NCBI GenBank assembly: GCA_038891035.1
Contig: JAWAEW010000005.1
Location: forward strand, 1,425 to 65,424
Direction: 5' to 3'
DNA from: Candidatus Anstonellaceae archaeon
GTDB lineage: Archaea; Micrarchaeota; Micrarchaeia; Anstonellales; Anstonellaceae
Length of the DNA stretch: 64,000 nt
In this document: positions 48,436-59,162 of the stretch, in pieces
How positions within the stretch are numbered: position 1 is the stretch's first letter
How the letters are laid out: each line of letters begins with the position of its first letter
Translations under genes and position numbers: made by a program
Notes under the pieces: generated by a model
The model's input: only the letters and a program-made list of their open reading frames with translations
What the model was told of the DNA's origin: nothing
Databases searched by the model: none

Positions 48436-50172
48436 ATGTGTATGGGTATATTGCATAGGATTTCTGGGCCTGTGGTGCAGGCAAAGGAGATGACTGGTGC
48501 AAAGATGTATGACCTTGTCAAAGTCGGCTATGAAGGCTTGACTGGGGAGATTATAAGAATTGTTGGAGATACCGCAACTATTCAAGTGTATGAGGAAACC
48601 AGTGGCCTGCGGCCGGGGGAGCCCGTAGAAAGCACTGGCCAACCTCTTTCTGTGGAGCTTGCACCAGGACTGCTCACCTCAATTTATGATGGCATCCAAA
48701 GGCCGCTTAATCTGCTTGCAGAAAAAGGCGGGGATTTCATTACCAGAGGGCTGAGCGTGCCTGCAATTGATAGAAACAAGAAATGGGAGTTTGTGCCTGT
48801 TGCGAAAAACGGTCAAAAAGTAAAAGTTGGCGACATAATAGGGACAGTCCAGGAAACTGAAATAATAACGCATAAGATAATGGCTCCATGGGAAGGAGAA
48901 GTGGCAAATATACGAGAAGGGAACTTCACTGTAGAGGAAACTATTTGCGAAATTGGTGGAAAACCCATGCAAATGCTTCAGAAATGGTTTGTGAGGAAAA
49001 GCAGGCCAGTTGCAGAAAAATTCGACCCCAACATCCCGCTTATAACCGGCCAGCGGATTGTGGATATGTTTTTCCCGATTGCAAAAGGAGGCACTGTTTG
49101 CGTTCCGGGACCATTTGGATCAGGCAAAACTGTCACCCAGCACCAGTTTGCAAAATGGTCTGACACCCAAATTGTGGTGTATGTAGGGTGCGGGGAAAGA
49201 GGAAATGAGATGACTGAGGTGCTTACAGAGTTTCCACATCTTGAGGATCCTTACACCAAAAAGCCTCTCATGCAGCGCACTGTGCTAATTGCAAACACTT
49301 CGAACATGCCTGTTGCTGCACGTGAAGCATCAATCTATACGGCAGTTACCATTGCAGAATACTACCGTGATATGGGATATGACGTGGCATTAATGGCAGA
49401 TTCCACAAGCAGGTGGGCAGAAGCAATGAGGGAAATTGGTGGAAGGCTGGAAGAAATGCCTGGAGAAGAAGGCTATCCAGCTTATCTTGGAAGGCGCCTT
49501 GCTGAATTTTACGAGAGGGCAGGTAGAGTACAGTGCCTTGGCTCAGACAAAAGAATTGGAAGCATAACTATAATTGGTGCAGTCTCCCCTCCTGGAGGAG
49601 ACATAAACGAACCAGTCTCACAAAACACTTTAAGAGTTACCAAGGTGTTCTTGGCTTTGGATGCGGCGTTGGCGCAGCGCAGGCACTTTCCTGCATTCAA
49701 CTGGCTAAGAAGCTATTCTCTTTATACAGATACCCTTGAGCAGTATTATATAAATAATATCTCATCTGATTGGGTTGAGCTGAGAAAGGAAGCGATGGCG
49801 CTCCTTCAAAAAGAGGCAGAGCTTCAGGAAATTGTCCAGCTGGTTGGTCCAGATGCTCTTCCTGAAAAAGAGCAGGCTATTCTCCTTTCTGCAAAGATGA
49901 TACGTGAAGACTATCTGCAGCAGTCTGCCTACCATGAAGTGGATACCTATTCTTCCATGAAAAAGGAATACCTGCTTCTGAAAAACATAATGAAGTTTCA
50001 TCATCGGGCGCTGGCAGCAGTGGAGATGGGAATTCAGCTGAAAAAAATTGCTGAGATGCCAATCAGGGAAAGAATTGCAAGGGCAAAGGAAATTCCTGAA
50101 GACAAAATAAAGGAAATTGAGACGATTGCAAATGAGATAGATAAGGCATTTGACTCTCTTGCCAAAGGGTGA
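48436..50172 (+). CDS. atpA: A-type ATP synthase catalytic subunit A
   Basis: Walker A GPFGSGKT. Non-homologous region insertion. Confidence 0.95.
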   Translation: MCMGILHRISGPVVQAKEMTGAKMYDLVKVGYEGLTGEIIRIVGDTATIQVYEETSGLRPGEPVESTGQPLSVELAPGLLTSIYDGIQRPLNLLAEKGGDFITRGLSVPAIDRNKKWEFVPVAKNGQKVKVGDIIGTVQETEIITHKIMAPWEGEVANIREGNFTVEETICEIGGKPMQMLQKWFVRKSRPVAEKFDPNIPLITGQRIVDMFFPIAKGGTVCVPGPFGSGKTVTQHQFAKWSDTQIVVYVGCGERGNEMTEVLTEFPHLEDPYTKKPLMQRTVLIANTSNMPVAAREASIYTAVTIAEYYRDMGYDVALMADSTSRWAEAMREIGGRLEEMPGEEGYPAYLGRRLAEFYERAGRVQCLGSDKRIGSITIIGAVSPPGGDINEPVSQNTLRVTKVFLALDAALAQRRHFPAFNWLRSYSLYTDTLEQYYINNISSDWVELRKEAMALLQKEAELQEIVQLVGPDALPEKEQAILLSAKMIREDYLQQSAYHEVDTYSSMKKEYLLLKNIMKFHHRALAAVEMGIQLKKIAEMPIRERIARAKEIPEDKIKEIETIANEIDKAFDSLAKG

Positions 50173-51563
50173 TTATGATGAAAGAATACAAAACAATTAC
50201 TCAGATTGCAGGTCCTCTTGTATTTGTAGAGGGCGTTACAGATGTTGCTTATGGAGAGATAGTGGAAATAAAGCTGCCTTCTGGGGAAACCAGAAAAGGG
50301 CAGGTGCTTGATTCGGCAAAAGGAATAGCAGTAATTCAAGTTTTTGGTTCAACTGCCGGGATAAACACCACAGATACCTCAGTTAAATTTCTAGGAGAAA
50401 CCATGAAGCTTGGCGTCTCAATTGAGATGCTGGGAAGAGTATTCAATGGGCTGGGAGAGCCGAAGGATAAAGGCCCTGCAATCATTCCTGAAAAAAGGCT
50501 TGACATAAATGGGGCTCCAATCAATCCTTACGCACGCGATGAGCCTCGTGATTTCATCCAGACAGGAATATCTACAATTGATGGGATGAATACATTAGTG
50601 AGAGGGCAGAAGCTGCCGATCTTTTCAGGCTCAGGTCTACCTCACAATGCATTGGCAGTCCAAATTGCAAGGCAGGCAAAAGTGGTTTCAACAAAGGAAA
50701 AGGATGAGCAGTTTGCAGTGGTGTTTGCTGCGATTGGAATAACGAATGAAGAAGCTCTTTTTTTCATGAGAGATTTTGAAAGGACGGGTGCTCTTGAGAG
50801 GGCCGTGCTTTTCCTCAATTTGGCAGATGACCCTTCTGTGGAAAGGCTAATTACCCCAAGGCTTGCGCTTACTACTGCAGAATTCCTTGCATATGAGAAA
50901 GATATGCACGTGCTTGTTATAATTACTGACATGACTAACTACTGTGAAGCGTTGAGAGAAATCGCAGCTGCAAGGGAGGAGGTCCCAGGAAGAAGAGGCT
51001 ATCCAGGATATATGTACACTGACCTTTCCACAATATACGAGAGGGCAGGAAGAATAAAAGGCCGAAAAGGAACGGTCACTCAGCTTTCGATTTTGACCAT
51101 GCCTGGCGATGACATTACTCATCCAATTGCTGACCTTACAGGATATATCACAGAGGGACAGATAGTGCTGAGTAGAGATTTGCACAGGAAAAACATATAT
51201 CCGCCTGTAGACGTGCTTCCTTGCCTTTCCCGGCTGATGAATCTTGGTATAGGAAAGGATAGAACAAGGGAAGACCACAGGGGGGTTGCTGATCAGCTTT
51301 ATGCTGCGTATGCAACTGGCAGAGACTTGCGTTCGCTTGCTGCTGTGGTTGGTGAAGAGGCTCTTTCTGCAACAGACAAGCTTTACTTGAAGTTTGCAGA
51401 CATATTTGAGGAAAGATTTATCAAGCAAGGACCGAACGAAGAGAGGACAATTGAGCAGACTCTTGAGCTGGGCTGGGAGCTGCTTTCGATGTTCCCAGAA
51501 AGCGAACTGAAGAGAGTCAAAAAGGAGTTCATTGAAAAGTATGGCAAAAAGTACAGAAAATAA
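50169..51563 (+). CDS. atpB: A-type ATP synthase subunit B
   Basis: Regulatory B-subunit motifs. Confidence 0.95.
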   Translation: MIMMKEYKTITQIAGPLVFVEGVTDVAYGEIVEIKLPSGETRKGQVLDSAKGIAVIQVFGSTAGINTTDTSVKFLGETMKLGVSIEMLGRVFNGLGEPKDKGPAIIPEKRLDINGAPINPYARDEPRDFIQTGISTIDGMNTLVRGQKLPIFSGSGLPHNALAVQIARQAKVVSTKEKDEQFAVVFAAIGITNEEALFFMRDFERTGALERAVLFLNLADDPSVERLITPRLALTTAEFLAYEKDMHVLVIITDMTNYCEALREIAAAREEVPGRRGYPGYMYTDLSTIYERAGRIKGRKGTVTQLSILTMPGDDITHPIADLTGYITEGQIVLSRDLHRKNIYPPVDVLPCLSRLMNLGIGKDRTREDHRGVADQLYAAYATGRDLRSLAAVVGEEALSATDKLYLKFADIFEERFIKQGPNEERTIEQTLELGWELLSMFPESELKRVKKEFIEKYGKKYRK

Positions 51564-52214
51564 ATGGTGCAGTATATGGCAGAAACCCCCAACCCGACAA
51601 GGATGGAGCTGCTGAAAGCAAGGACAAGAGTTAGATTGGCAAGGAAAGGTCACAAGCTTCTCAAGCAAAAAAGAGATGCACTAATAATGGAATTTTTCAA
51701 GATTCTCTCCAAAGCTCAAGATTTGCGCCATGAGCTGAATGAAAAAATGAAGCAGGCCTACACTGCACTTGCAGTTGCGCAGGCATACCATGGCATGCAA
51801 GAAATTGAAGCGGCAGCTCTTGCAGTAAAGCGCGCCCCAGGAGTAAAAGTTGAGGTGCGCAATATAATGGGAGTGAAAATACCCTCACTTGAAGTTGCAG
51901 AAAGCAGAAAGCAGCTTCTTCAAAGAGGGTATTCAATAATAGGAACCAGCGCGAAAATAGACGAGGTGGCAGAAGCTTTCGAAGGGGCATTGGATATTGT
52001 CTTTAAGCTGTCCCAGACCGAAAATGCAATTAGAAGGCTCATTTTGGAAATAGAAAAAACAAAAAGAAGAGTAAATGCACTGGAATATGTGCTAATACCG
52101 CGGCTGGAAGGTCAAGCAAAGCTGATCGCATTTCGACTTGAAGAGATGGAAAGAGACAACTTTGTGATGCTCAAAAGTATAAAAAGGAAGCTTCAGAAGG
52201 AGCAAGGAAGCTGA
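51564..52214 (+). CDS. atpD: A-type ATP synthase subunit D
   Basis: Central stalk helical protein. Operon position. Confidence 0.85.
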   Translation: MVQYMAETPNPTRMELLKARTRVRLARKGHKLLKQKRDALIMEFFKILSKAQDLRHELNEKMKQAYTALAVAQAYHGMQEIEAAALAVKRAPGVKVEVRNIMGVKIPSLEVAESRKQLLQRGYSIIGTSAKIDEVAEAFEGALDIVFKLSQTENAIRRLILEIEKTKRRVNALEYVLIPRLEGQAKLIAFRLEEMERDNFVMLKSIKRKLQKEQGS

Positions 52215-52218
52215 GAAA

Positions 52219-52542
52219 ATGAATGGCAAGAAAAAGATGATATACCTAATGTATGATTTTGATGAGTTATGCGGAGTATTTTCTTCGCTTGACCTTGCAA
52301 AAAAAGCAGTAGATCAACATCTTCTTCATATAAAAAACTATGTCCAAAGGAAATCATTGCAGCTTGGCTTTGGAGAAGTGGATTTTGAAATCTTTGAAGA
52401 AAAGAGTGAAAACAAACACATCTACGCTGTGCTTGCAAAGGCAAAAAATGGCAAAGATGTCCACAGAAGAAAAATAGTGGTGTTTGGAAGGCAGCAGGAC
52501 ACGTATGATTCTACCATAAAAAGGCTCTCGGAATCAATCTAA
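52219..52542 (+). CDS. Hypothetical protein (107 aa) immediately downstream of atpD
   Basis: ORF only. Confidence 0.4.
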   Translation: MNGKKKMIYLMYDFDELCGVFSSLDLAKKAVDQHLLHIKNYVQRKSLQLGFGEVDFEIFEEKSENKHIYAVLAKAKNGKDVHRRKIVVFGRQQDTYDSTIKRLSESI

Positions 52543-52817
52543 TAGGGATTTCCTTTTTCTTTTTGAAATTCAGCTTGCAGATCCTTCCATGTGCGACCTG
52601 AAAATGACTCTTCAAGCTTATGTCTGCATCGTCTGGCAGCCTCTGTCTGCCCAAGCTTTTCAAAAAGCTTGAGTGCTTTTTCAAAATCACCGCCTTTTTC
52701 ATATGCTTCTGCGGCTTCTTTTTCCATTCCTACCGAAAGATAAACTTCTGCTGCCTTTACAAAAAACTGCTTGTTTTCGAGCCTGCGAGCCTTTTCAAGA
52801 AGTGCTTGCTTTTCCAT
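52539..52817 (-). CDS. Small TPR-repeat protein
   Basis: AAEAYEKGGDFEKALKLFEKLGQ TPR-like repeats. Confidence 0.45.
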   Translation of the reverse strand: MEKQALLEKARRLENKQFFVKAAEVYLSVGMEKEAAEAYEKGGDFEKALKLFEKLGQTEAARRCRHKLEESFSGRTWKDLQAEFQKEKGNPY

Positions 52818-52879
52818 ATAACCGAATAAAAACCGAACAATTTAAATGGGTGCTCATTCACAAGCCAGACGGTGAAAAC

Positions 52880-55021
52880 ATGCGTAAGGTTTTTGTGGTT
52901 TCATTGACAATTTTCTTTTTGCTATTTGTAGGCTGCCTCTCCCCTTCAAAAAATGAAGCACCTCTCAGTAGAATGTCTTCTGCAATCCATAAATTTTCTT
53001 CATGGGATGAAATTTCTGATTTGCTGCGGCTTTCCTCGGGTGGAGTTTCCGGAATGCCGCTTGTCACAACCACCATCCCTTCAGCAGTCGAACGTCAACT
53101 TTCGCAAGGTGTTTCTGTGCAGAAAACAGAGGCCCAAGCAGAGTATGCAGGAAGATACTCTCAGACAAACGTGCAAGTTGAAGGGGTGGATGAAGCAGAT
53201 ATCGTAAAAAATGATGGCAAGTATATTTATTTTGTATACAACACACCTGTAGATTTTGTCATTGCTGGGATAAGCGTATATGAAGCGGTTGGAAATATTG
53301 CAATCGTTGAAGCCTATCCACCGCAAAGGATGAATAAGGTTGGGCAGATAAGCATCCAAGACGCATACATCCAGCAGATATTTGTAAATAAAGACAAACT
53401 AGTAGTTTTTGGAAGGAAGGAAAGCCAATATTTTAGGCCGATGCCCATTGGCATCTGCCGAAGCTGCATAGTTCCGCCACGTTACTACCAGCCTCTTTCT
53501 TTTATAAGAGTGTACGACATTTCGGACAGATCAGATCCAAAGCTCCAAAAAGAAATCGAGGTGAAAGGAGATTATTTCAACTCCAGAATGATACAAAACC
53601 AAGTTTATGCGATATTTACAGATTATCCGACTTATTATGACCCTTTCCCATTTTATCGTGTGGATGGAGTTGCTAAAAAAATAGAGCCGCACGAGATTTC
53701 ATACTTTGATATTCCTTCTGAAAATTATGTATACCACCACTTTTTTGCAATTGATTTGGATAATCTGCAGGAAGAAAAAAGGCACAGGATAATTATGCTG
53801 GGCTATGGTCAGACTATTTATGTCTCATCGGAAAATATTTACATTGCGGCTGCAGATTACCCGTTTTACAGCCCATATGAAGAGGCAGCTATTGACATAC
53901 TCTACGACATCCTTCCAAAAGAAGAAAAAGATGAAATAAATAAGATTGAAAAACAAAATATTTCTGCGTGGCAGCGCAAGCTTGCAAAAACGGAAGCGAT
54001 AATTGCAGCAAGCAAAAAGCAGATACGGAAGATGAATGAAAGTGAGATTAGAAGGATTAATGAGCGATACGAACAGAAAGTAGACAGTTTGCCCAAGGAT
54101 TGGACATCTGAGAAGACGAAAATATACAAGATCTCGCTTTCTGATTTTGAGCCTTCTGGGTGGGGCGAGGTACCAGGAAGATTAATCAACCAATTTGCAA
54201 TGGATGAACAGAGTCCATATTTGCGAGTTGCAACCACTAAAACTGGGCAAGTAAGCACAAGCGGAGTATATGTCTTGGACGCAGAGTTAAAAGTTGTAGG
54301 CAAAACAGAAGGAATAGCCCCTGGAGAAAGCATTTATTCAGTAAGATTTTTAGGAGATAAGGCATACTTAGTGACGTTCAAAAGGATAGACCCGTTTTTT
54401 GTGATCGACCTGAGCGATCCTACATCTCCAAAGGTTAAGGGGAAACTAAAAATACCTGGGTACTCAACTTACCTTCACCCATACGATGAATACTACATCA
54501 TAGGCATAGGAAAGGAGGCTGTTGAGGCTAAAGAAGGAGACTTTGCTTGGCAGCAAGGGATGAAGCTTTCTCTTTTTGATGTGAGAGAACCAGAAAATCC
54601 CGTAGAGGTTGCAAAAATCGAAATAGGTGACCGTGGGACTGAATCTTATGCACTGACAGACCATAAGGCGTTTTTGTTTGACAAAGAAAAGAAACTGCTT
54701 GTGATGCCGATTCTTTTGGCAGAAATTGACAAACAAAGATATGGAGATGAAGTGCCATCTCACATCTATGGGGACTATGTATTTCAGGGAGCTTATGTTT
54801 TCGAGGTTAGCCCGGATAAAGGATTTGTTTTGCTTGGAAGAATAACACATACAACTGAAGAAGAACTTCTAAAAAGTGGGCTGTATTTCTACTCTGATGC
54901 AGAGGTCAAAAGAAGCATATACATGGACGAATATATTTATACAGTCTCAGATAGAATGATAAAGGCAAACAGGTTGCCGAACCTTGAGGAGATTGCAGCT
55001 GTAAAGCTTCAGAAAAACTGA
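52880..55021 (+). CDS. Secreted lipoprotein-like beta-propeller domain protein (COG4880/PF09826-like)
   Basis: ATG 52880 (MRKVFVVSLTIFFLLFVGCLS, lipobox-like Cys). IDLSDPTSPKVKGKLKIPGYSTYLHPYDEYYIIGIG is characteristic of this beta-propeller family. Confidence 0.65.
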   Translation: MRKVFVVSLTIFFLLFVGCLSPSKNEAPLSRMSSAIHKFSSWDEISDLLRLSSGGVSGMPLVTTTIPSAVERQLSQGVSVQKTEAQAEYAGRYSQTNVQVEGVDEADIVKNDGKYIYFVYNTPVDFVIAGISVYEAVGNIAIVEAYPPQRMNKVGQISIQDAYIQQIFVNKDKLVVFGRKESQYFRPMPIGICRSCIVPPRYYQPLSFIRVYDISDRSDPKLQKEIEVKGDYFNSRMIQNQVYAIFTDYPTYYDPFPFYRVDGVAKKIEPHEISYFDIPSENYVYHHFFAIDLDNLQEEKRHRIIMLGYGQTIYVSSENIYIAAADYPFYSPYEEAAIDILYDILPKEEKDEINKIEKQNISAWQRKLAKTEAIIAASKKQIRKMNESEIRRINERYEQKVDSLPKDWTSEKTKIYKISLSDFEPSGWGEVPGRLINQFAMDEQSPYLRVATTKTGQVSTSGVYVLDAELKVVGKTEGIAPGESIYSVRFLGDKAYLVTFKRIDPFFVIDLSDPTSPKVKGKLKIPGYSTYLHPYDEYYIIGIGKEAVEAKEGDFAWQQGMKLSLFDVREPENPVEVAKIEIGDRGTESYALTDHKAFLFDKEKKLLVMPILLAEIDKQRYGDEVPSHIYGDYVFQGAYVFEVSPDKGFVLLGRITHTTEEELLKSGLYFYSDAEVKRSIYMDEYIYTVSDRMIKANRLPNLEEIAAVKLQKN

Positions 55022-55510
55022 AACTATTCAAGTATCTTATTCAAAGAAAAGAGTGTTGAACGCAGGCTCTAACGGTAAATTTGGATTTTTATTATGCTCT
55101 TCTGCACTTCTTAATAGCTCAACAACATCTAGTTAGCCTGCCACTAGATGCAGTATGTGGACCCTTTCTTGAAAGCTGCAATTGGATTAAAAAAGTGCTT
55201 GCAAGATGAATTGCTAAAAGAGAATCCTGCTTTGCCGCATGACTAAGTGAGGCCGAAACATAACCAAAGTTGAAAATTTTCCAGATGCCATGCGTGTAAT
55301 GATCCAGTGGGTAGATACCGAAAGAGGCTACCACTACTTCTAAGCCAAGACAGATTCAAATGGAATATTTTCCTGAATTCGCCAAACATACAAAATCTGC
55401 AAGCATCTTTCCTAATTCGGTTTTTCGCATAAATTCTTCGGTTTGGATAGAGGAGGAATCTGGCAAAATAAATGCATCAAAATGCCTTACTTGAGCATTA
55501 TAGGCAGAAG

Positions 55511-55583
55511 TAGCCCCGGACGGATTCGAACCGCCGTTCCCGGGTCCAAAGCCCGGTGTCCTTGGCCGCTAGACGACGGGGCT
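55511..55583 (-). tRNA. tRNA-Gln (anticodon TTG), intron-less
   Basis: Manual fold. Acceptor AGCCCCG/CGGGGCT (A1:U72). D-arm GTCT-AGCGGCCAA-GGAC. Anticodon arm CCGGG-CTTTGGA-CCCGG. T-arm GGCGG-TTCGAAT-CCGTC. A73. Confidence 0.8.
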
Positions 55584-57018
55584 AGTATTGCTTTGCCACA
55601 TAGACTAATGCAGATGCCTTTTTGCCGCAAATTATGCATTTGCCTTCTGGTTTTTCTTCCTTTCCAAACCTTATTCCTCTCACATCTCCAGAAGTGCCTT
55701 CTTTGAGGTTTGATGCACAATCCTTTCCATCATTTTCTATAGAGCAAAATGGTACTGAAACCAGCTTTCCTGCCTCAAGCAAACTCTTTAAATGCTGCAA
55801 ATCAGAAGTAAAAGCAAGGCGCGATTCGAATTCTGCGAGTGCCTTCTGCTTCATATCCGAGATCTGCTGGAGGGCCTGCTGGAATATGAAAGATGAAATT
55901 TGGCTTTGTGGAACTTTATATTTGGTTCTGGTATCACGCCTAAATACGGTAAATATGCCACTTTCAACTTCTTGCTGCCCGACTTCAATTCTAAATGGAA
56001 CTCCTTGCAGTTCCCACTGATTATATTTGAAGCCGGGGGTATTTTGGGACAAATCAGCCTCTGCTAAAATACCTTCAGAAGAAAGTTGGTGTACAAGTTC
56101 AGAGGCTTTCTTCTCAACCTCAGCTTCATTTCCTTTTTTGGGTATGGGAACTACGATTACTTGGAGAGGAGCAAGCTCAAACGGCAGGACAAGCCCAAAA
56201 TCATCTCCATGTGTAGAAATCATTGCTGCATAGATGCGGGAAATTGCAGGGCCATAGCAAGTCTGCCAGCAATATTGGCTTTTGCCAGTTTCATCAAGGA
56301 ATTTGACGTTGAATGCCTTGGCAAAGTTTTGCCCCAAAAAATGTGTAGATGGCAGCTGCAAAACCCTTCCATCTGGCATCATGCAATCTGCTGCATATGT
56401 ATGGACAGCACCAGGAAACTTATCCCATTCTGGGCGCTGGAAAAATATGAACGGAACTCCGAACCTTTCGAAAATGACATTTTGGCTCATTTGCATATCT
56501 TGCATAACTTGAGCCTCGGCTTCTTCTTTGGTGGCAAAGGCATCGTGAGATTCTATCCAATAAAATTCGCGAGAACGGATAAATGGCCTGGTTGCTTTTG
56601 TTTCATATCTCCACACCTGGGCTGAGTGATAAACCTTAAGTGGAAGGTCTGACTTGCCTTGTATCCAAAGAGAAAACATCTGATACATTGCAGTTTCTGA
56701 AGTTGGGCGCAGTGCCAGTCTCTCCTCAAGAACTGTATCCCCTGCTTTTTCTACCCAAAAGACTTGCGGAGTGAAGCCTTCCACATGTTGTGCTTCCTTG
56801 TAGAAGTTGCTTTCTGGAATAAGAGCTGGAAACCAAGTTGGCCTGTGTCCTGTTCTTTCCAGCTCCCGCTCATAAATCGAGTACATCTTTTTCATAGTTG
56901 AAACTGCCCAAGGAAGAAACACTACAAAGCCTTTTACATTATAGCGGAGGTCGCAAAGCTTAGCCTCTTTTAGAAGCTCGCTGTACCATTCGGAAAATTC
57001 AGCTTTCTTGTTTTTCAT
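55582..57018 (-). CDS. proS: Prolyl-tRNA synthetase (archaeal/eukaryal type)
   Basis: Class II motifs, C-terminal zinc-binding domain ending ...YVAKQY. Start taken at MKNKKAEFSEWYSELL. Confidence 0.9.
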   Translation of the reverse strand: MKNKKAEFSEWYSELLKEAKLCDLRYNVKGFVVFLPWAVSTMKKMYSIYERELERTGHRPTWFPALIPESNFYKEAQHVEGFTPQVFWVEKAGDTVLEERLALRPTSETAMYQMFSLWIQGKSDLPLKVYHSAQVWRYETKATRPFIRSREFYWIESHDAFATKEEAEAQVMQDMQMSQNVIFERFGVPFIFFQRPEWDKFPGAVHTYAADCMMPDGRVLQLPSTHFLGQNFAKAFNVKFLDETGKSQYCWQTCYGPAISRIYAAMISTHGDDFGLVLPFELAPLQVIVVPIPKKGNEAEVEKKASELVHQLSSEGILAEADLSQNTPGFKYNQWELQGVPFRIEVGQQEVESGIFTVFRRDTRTKYKVPQSQISSFIFQQALQQISDMKQKALAEFESRLAFTSDLQHLKSLLEAGKLVSVPFCSIENDGKDCASNLKEGTSGDVRGIRFGKEEKPEGKCIICGKKASALVYVAKQY

Positions 57019-57109
57019 GAAAAACAATGGAAGGATAATGAATAAAAATAAATGCAGCCTCCATGATACTGCTTTATAAAATTGCAATGAGTTTGGAGAG
57101 TGCCTTGAT

Positions 57110-57126
57110 TCTGCCTTAAAGGCAGA
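57110..57126. promoter_or_regulatory. Perfect 17-bp palindrome TCTGCCTTAAAGGCAGA in the divergent proS / ACT-gene intergenic region
   Basis: Read directly from sequence. An adjacent TGCCTTGATTCTGCCTT half-site repeat. Confidence 0.35.
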
Positions 57127-57189
57127 GGGGTTGATTTTCTGCCGACTATTGCAAATGTAGTAAGGCTTTATCTGAAAAGAAGACCGCAG

Positions 57190-57744
57190 ATGCTTTGGCT
57201 TGTAAATAATGGACTTTGCAACTATTCTGCGCTTGCAAGAAAACTTCAAAAGGAGCTTTATCCTAACAAAAAGAACGCCTTTGTCGCAATAAAGGCTGCT
57301 TTGCTTCGAACAGCAAAAGAATACGGGGAACTTGCGCAAAGGGACTGGGAGAAAGAAGTCGAAAGGATACTTAAGGCAAGTTCTGTTGAGATACGAACGC
57401 ATGTTGCAGTTGCATCAAGCAAAGGCAGCATAGGTGTGCCCGTAATTGCTACTGCAAGCAGCAAATCAGGAGTGATGAGTGTAGTGGATGCTGCCTACGT
57501 GCCCCAGCTGAAGAAAAAAGGGGTTAAAGTGACTGACGATTTGACGCTTGTTATACTTTGCAGCCCACCGCAGCTTCAGGAGACTCCTGGTTGCGTTGCT
57601 GCAATACTTGATGCAATCGCCACTGAAGGGATAAATGTGCTTCAGTTTATCTCTTGCCATACTGATACTTTGATGGTAATGCGTAACAGCGATGCTATGA
57701 GGGCATATGAAATATTGATGGAATTGACTGGAAAGGTAGACTAA
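57190..57744 (+). CDS. Hypothetical protein with C-terminal ACT-like domain
   Basis: VAAILDAIATEGINVLQFISCHTDTLMVMRNSDAMRAYEIL resembles an ACT regulatory fold. Confidence 0.4.
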   Translation: MLWLVNNGLCNYSALARKLQKELYPNKKNAFVAIKAALLRTAKEYGELAQRDWEKEVERILKASSVEIRTHVAVASSKGSIGVPVIATASSKSGVMSVVDAAYVPQLKKKGVKVTDDLTLVILCSPPQLQETPGCVAAILDAIATEGINVLQFISCHTDTLMVMRNSDAMRAYEILMELTGKVD

Positions 57745-58040
57745 AGCGGCACCCCAAAAAAAGAAAGCAGCAGAACAAGTAGCACTCCCAGTACTCCACC
57801 AAATGCAGCAATCAAGAAGGTGGCAAGATCAATTGGGACCTGAATAATTCCAAGAAATGAAAAAAGCCAAAAAATTGCAATCCCTGCAATACCATGTAAA
57901 ACCAGTGGGAGAACTTTTTTTAACAAGTGGAAAATAGAGGCCGCAATAAGAACTGAAACAACTAATGCAAGAATAATACCCCAACTCATGAAAGAAGAAA
58001 CGGAAAAAAAGAATAAAGGCTTATTGGGCAAGTTTTCCAA
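57741..58040 (-). CDS. Small membrane protein (3 TM, hypothetical)
   Basis: Hydrophobic ORF. Confidence 0.35.
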   Translation of the reverse strand: MENLPNKPLFFFSVSSFMSWGIILALVVSVLIAASIFHLLKKVLPLVLHGIAGIAIFWLFSFLGIIQVPIDLATFLIAAFGGVLGVLLVLLLSFFGVPL

Positions 58041-58437
58041 TTAGCTTTGCCTCTAAAACCAAAATATCCACTTTTGAAAAGCCATGCTGCCCTACAAATG
58101 CAACTTCAAATTTGTCAGGAGAACCGCAAAGGGAAGAAAAGACAGACTTTCCTCCGGGATGCTTCGGGATGAACTCTGTTATATCAAAAACTTCACCTTT
58201 ATAGACTACCCAGCAATCGGTAAGTGAAGAATGCTTTGCAAGTTCGTCTGTGGAAATCTCTGGCTGCTGCGAAAGGGAGGATTGAGGTTTCTGTTGGTTT
58301 TGAGTTTGCTCAGATTGGATTGGTTGATGCCCTTTTTCATCTAAATTTTGGTTTTCTTTAGTATTGCCCATCTTGCTTTCAGGGATGCTGCACCCTGATA
58401 AAAGCAGCATGCATAAAACTATGAAAGTCCAAAACAA
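58021..58437 (-). CDS. Secreted/lipoprotein cytochrome b5-like heme-binding domain protein
   Basis: Signal peptide with LLLSGCSIP lipobox-like. DCWVVYKGEVFDITEFIPKHPGG matches the cyt b5 heme-binding motif. Confidence 0.65.
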   Translation of the reverse strand: MFWTFIVLCMLLLSGCSIPESKMGNTKENQNLDEKGHQPIQSEQTQNQQKPQSSLSQQPEISTDELAKHSSLTDCWVVYKGEVFDITEFIPKHPGGKSVFSSLCGSPDKFEVAFVGQHGFSKVDILVLEAKLIGKLAQ

Positions 58438-58441
58438 AACG

Positions 58442-59158
58442 TCACCTCAGATAGTTTAGGTTCTGAATAGTGAAAAATTTTAAATATCTTTGCTGGGCTG
58501 CTGATATTTTAACTACTGCAAAATTCCAATGTGATGCAACCAAATCTCCGACTTTTATATTTTGTCCAATGGAAACATCTTTACATTTCAGCTTCCATGC
58601 CTTTTTTGTGGGGACAAGCCTGAACCCTAACTTGTCTTTGACTATCTTTTGAGAATCAACATAAAGTAGATCTTCTTTCTTTTTGAGAACCTTGCCCCAA
58701 CTGATCCTGCACAAATCAGCAGTTTTCAAGCTTGAAGGAAGTTTGCCACTTATGCTGCGAATGAAGAAAACGTGAAAGGAATGGTGTGGAAAGATTTGTT
58801 CAGGTAAATCCAACACTAATTTTTCAGCCTGTTTTCTTGAAAGAAAGCCAGGTGCGCAAAAATCATGCAAGATCATCTCTCTTACACTTTCTTTTTTAAC
58901 ATTTGAAAGGAGACTGTTTCCTATCCAAAAGGCTTCACAAACCTTAAGGTCAAAAGGTTGAAGGCCATTTTCTTTAGCAATGAGACGAAGATAAGAATAA
59001 TGCGCTCTGAATTTCATAAGCTGCAGCTCAAGCGGCCTACAAAAAAGTCTTTTATGCTTAAGGAATGATTTAAATGCTGGTAAAAATGATTTTGTTCCGC
59101 AGTATGAAAGGATATTTGGCGGCAAAGCAAAGCGCGCAGCCAGTTCTACTCCAAGCAT
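58442..59158 (-). CDS. Hypothetical protein
   Basis: ORF only. Confidence 0.4.
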   Translation of the reverse strand: MLGVELAARFALPPNILSYCGTKSFLPAFKSFLKHKRLFCRPLELQLMKFRAHYSYLRLIAKENGLQPFDLKVCEAFWIGNSLLSNVKKESVREMILHDFCAPGFLSRKQAEKLVLDLPEQIFPHHSFHVFFIRSISGKLPSSLKTADLCRISWGKVLKKKEDLLYVDSQKIVKDKLGFRLVPTKKAWKLKCKDVSIGQNIKVGDLVASHWNFAVVKISAAQQRYLKFFTIQNLNYLR

Positions 59159-59162
59159 AACA

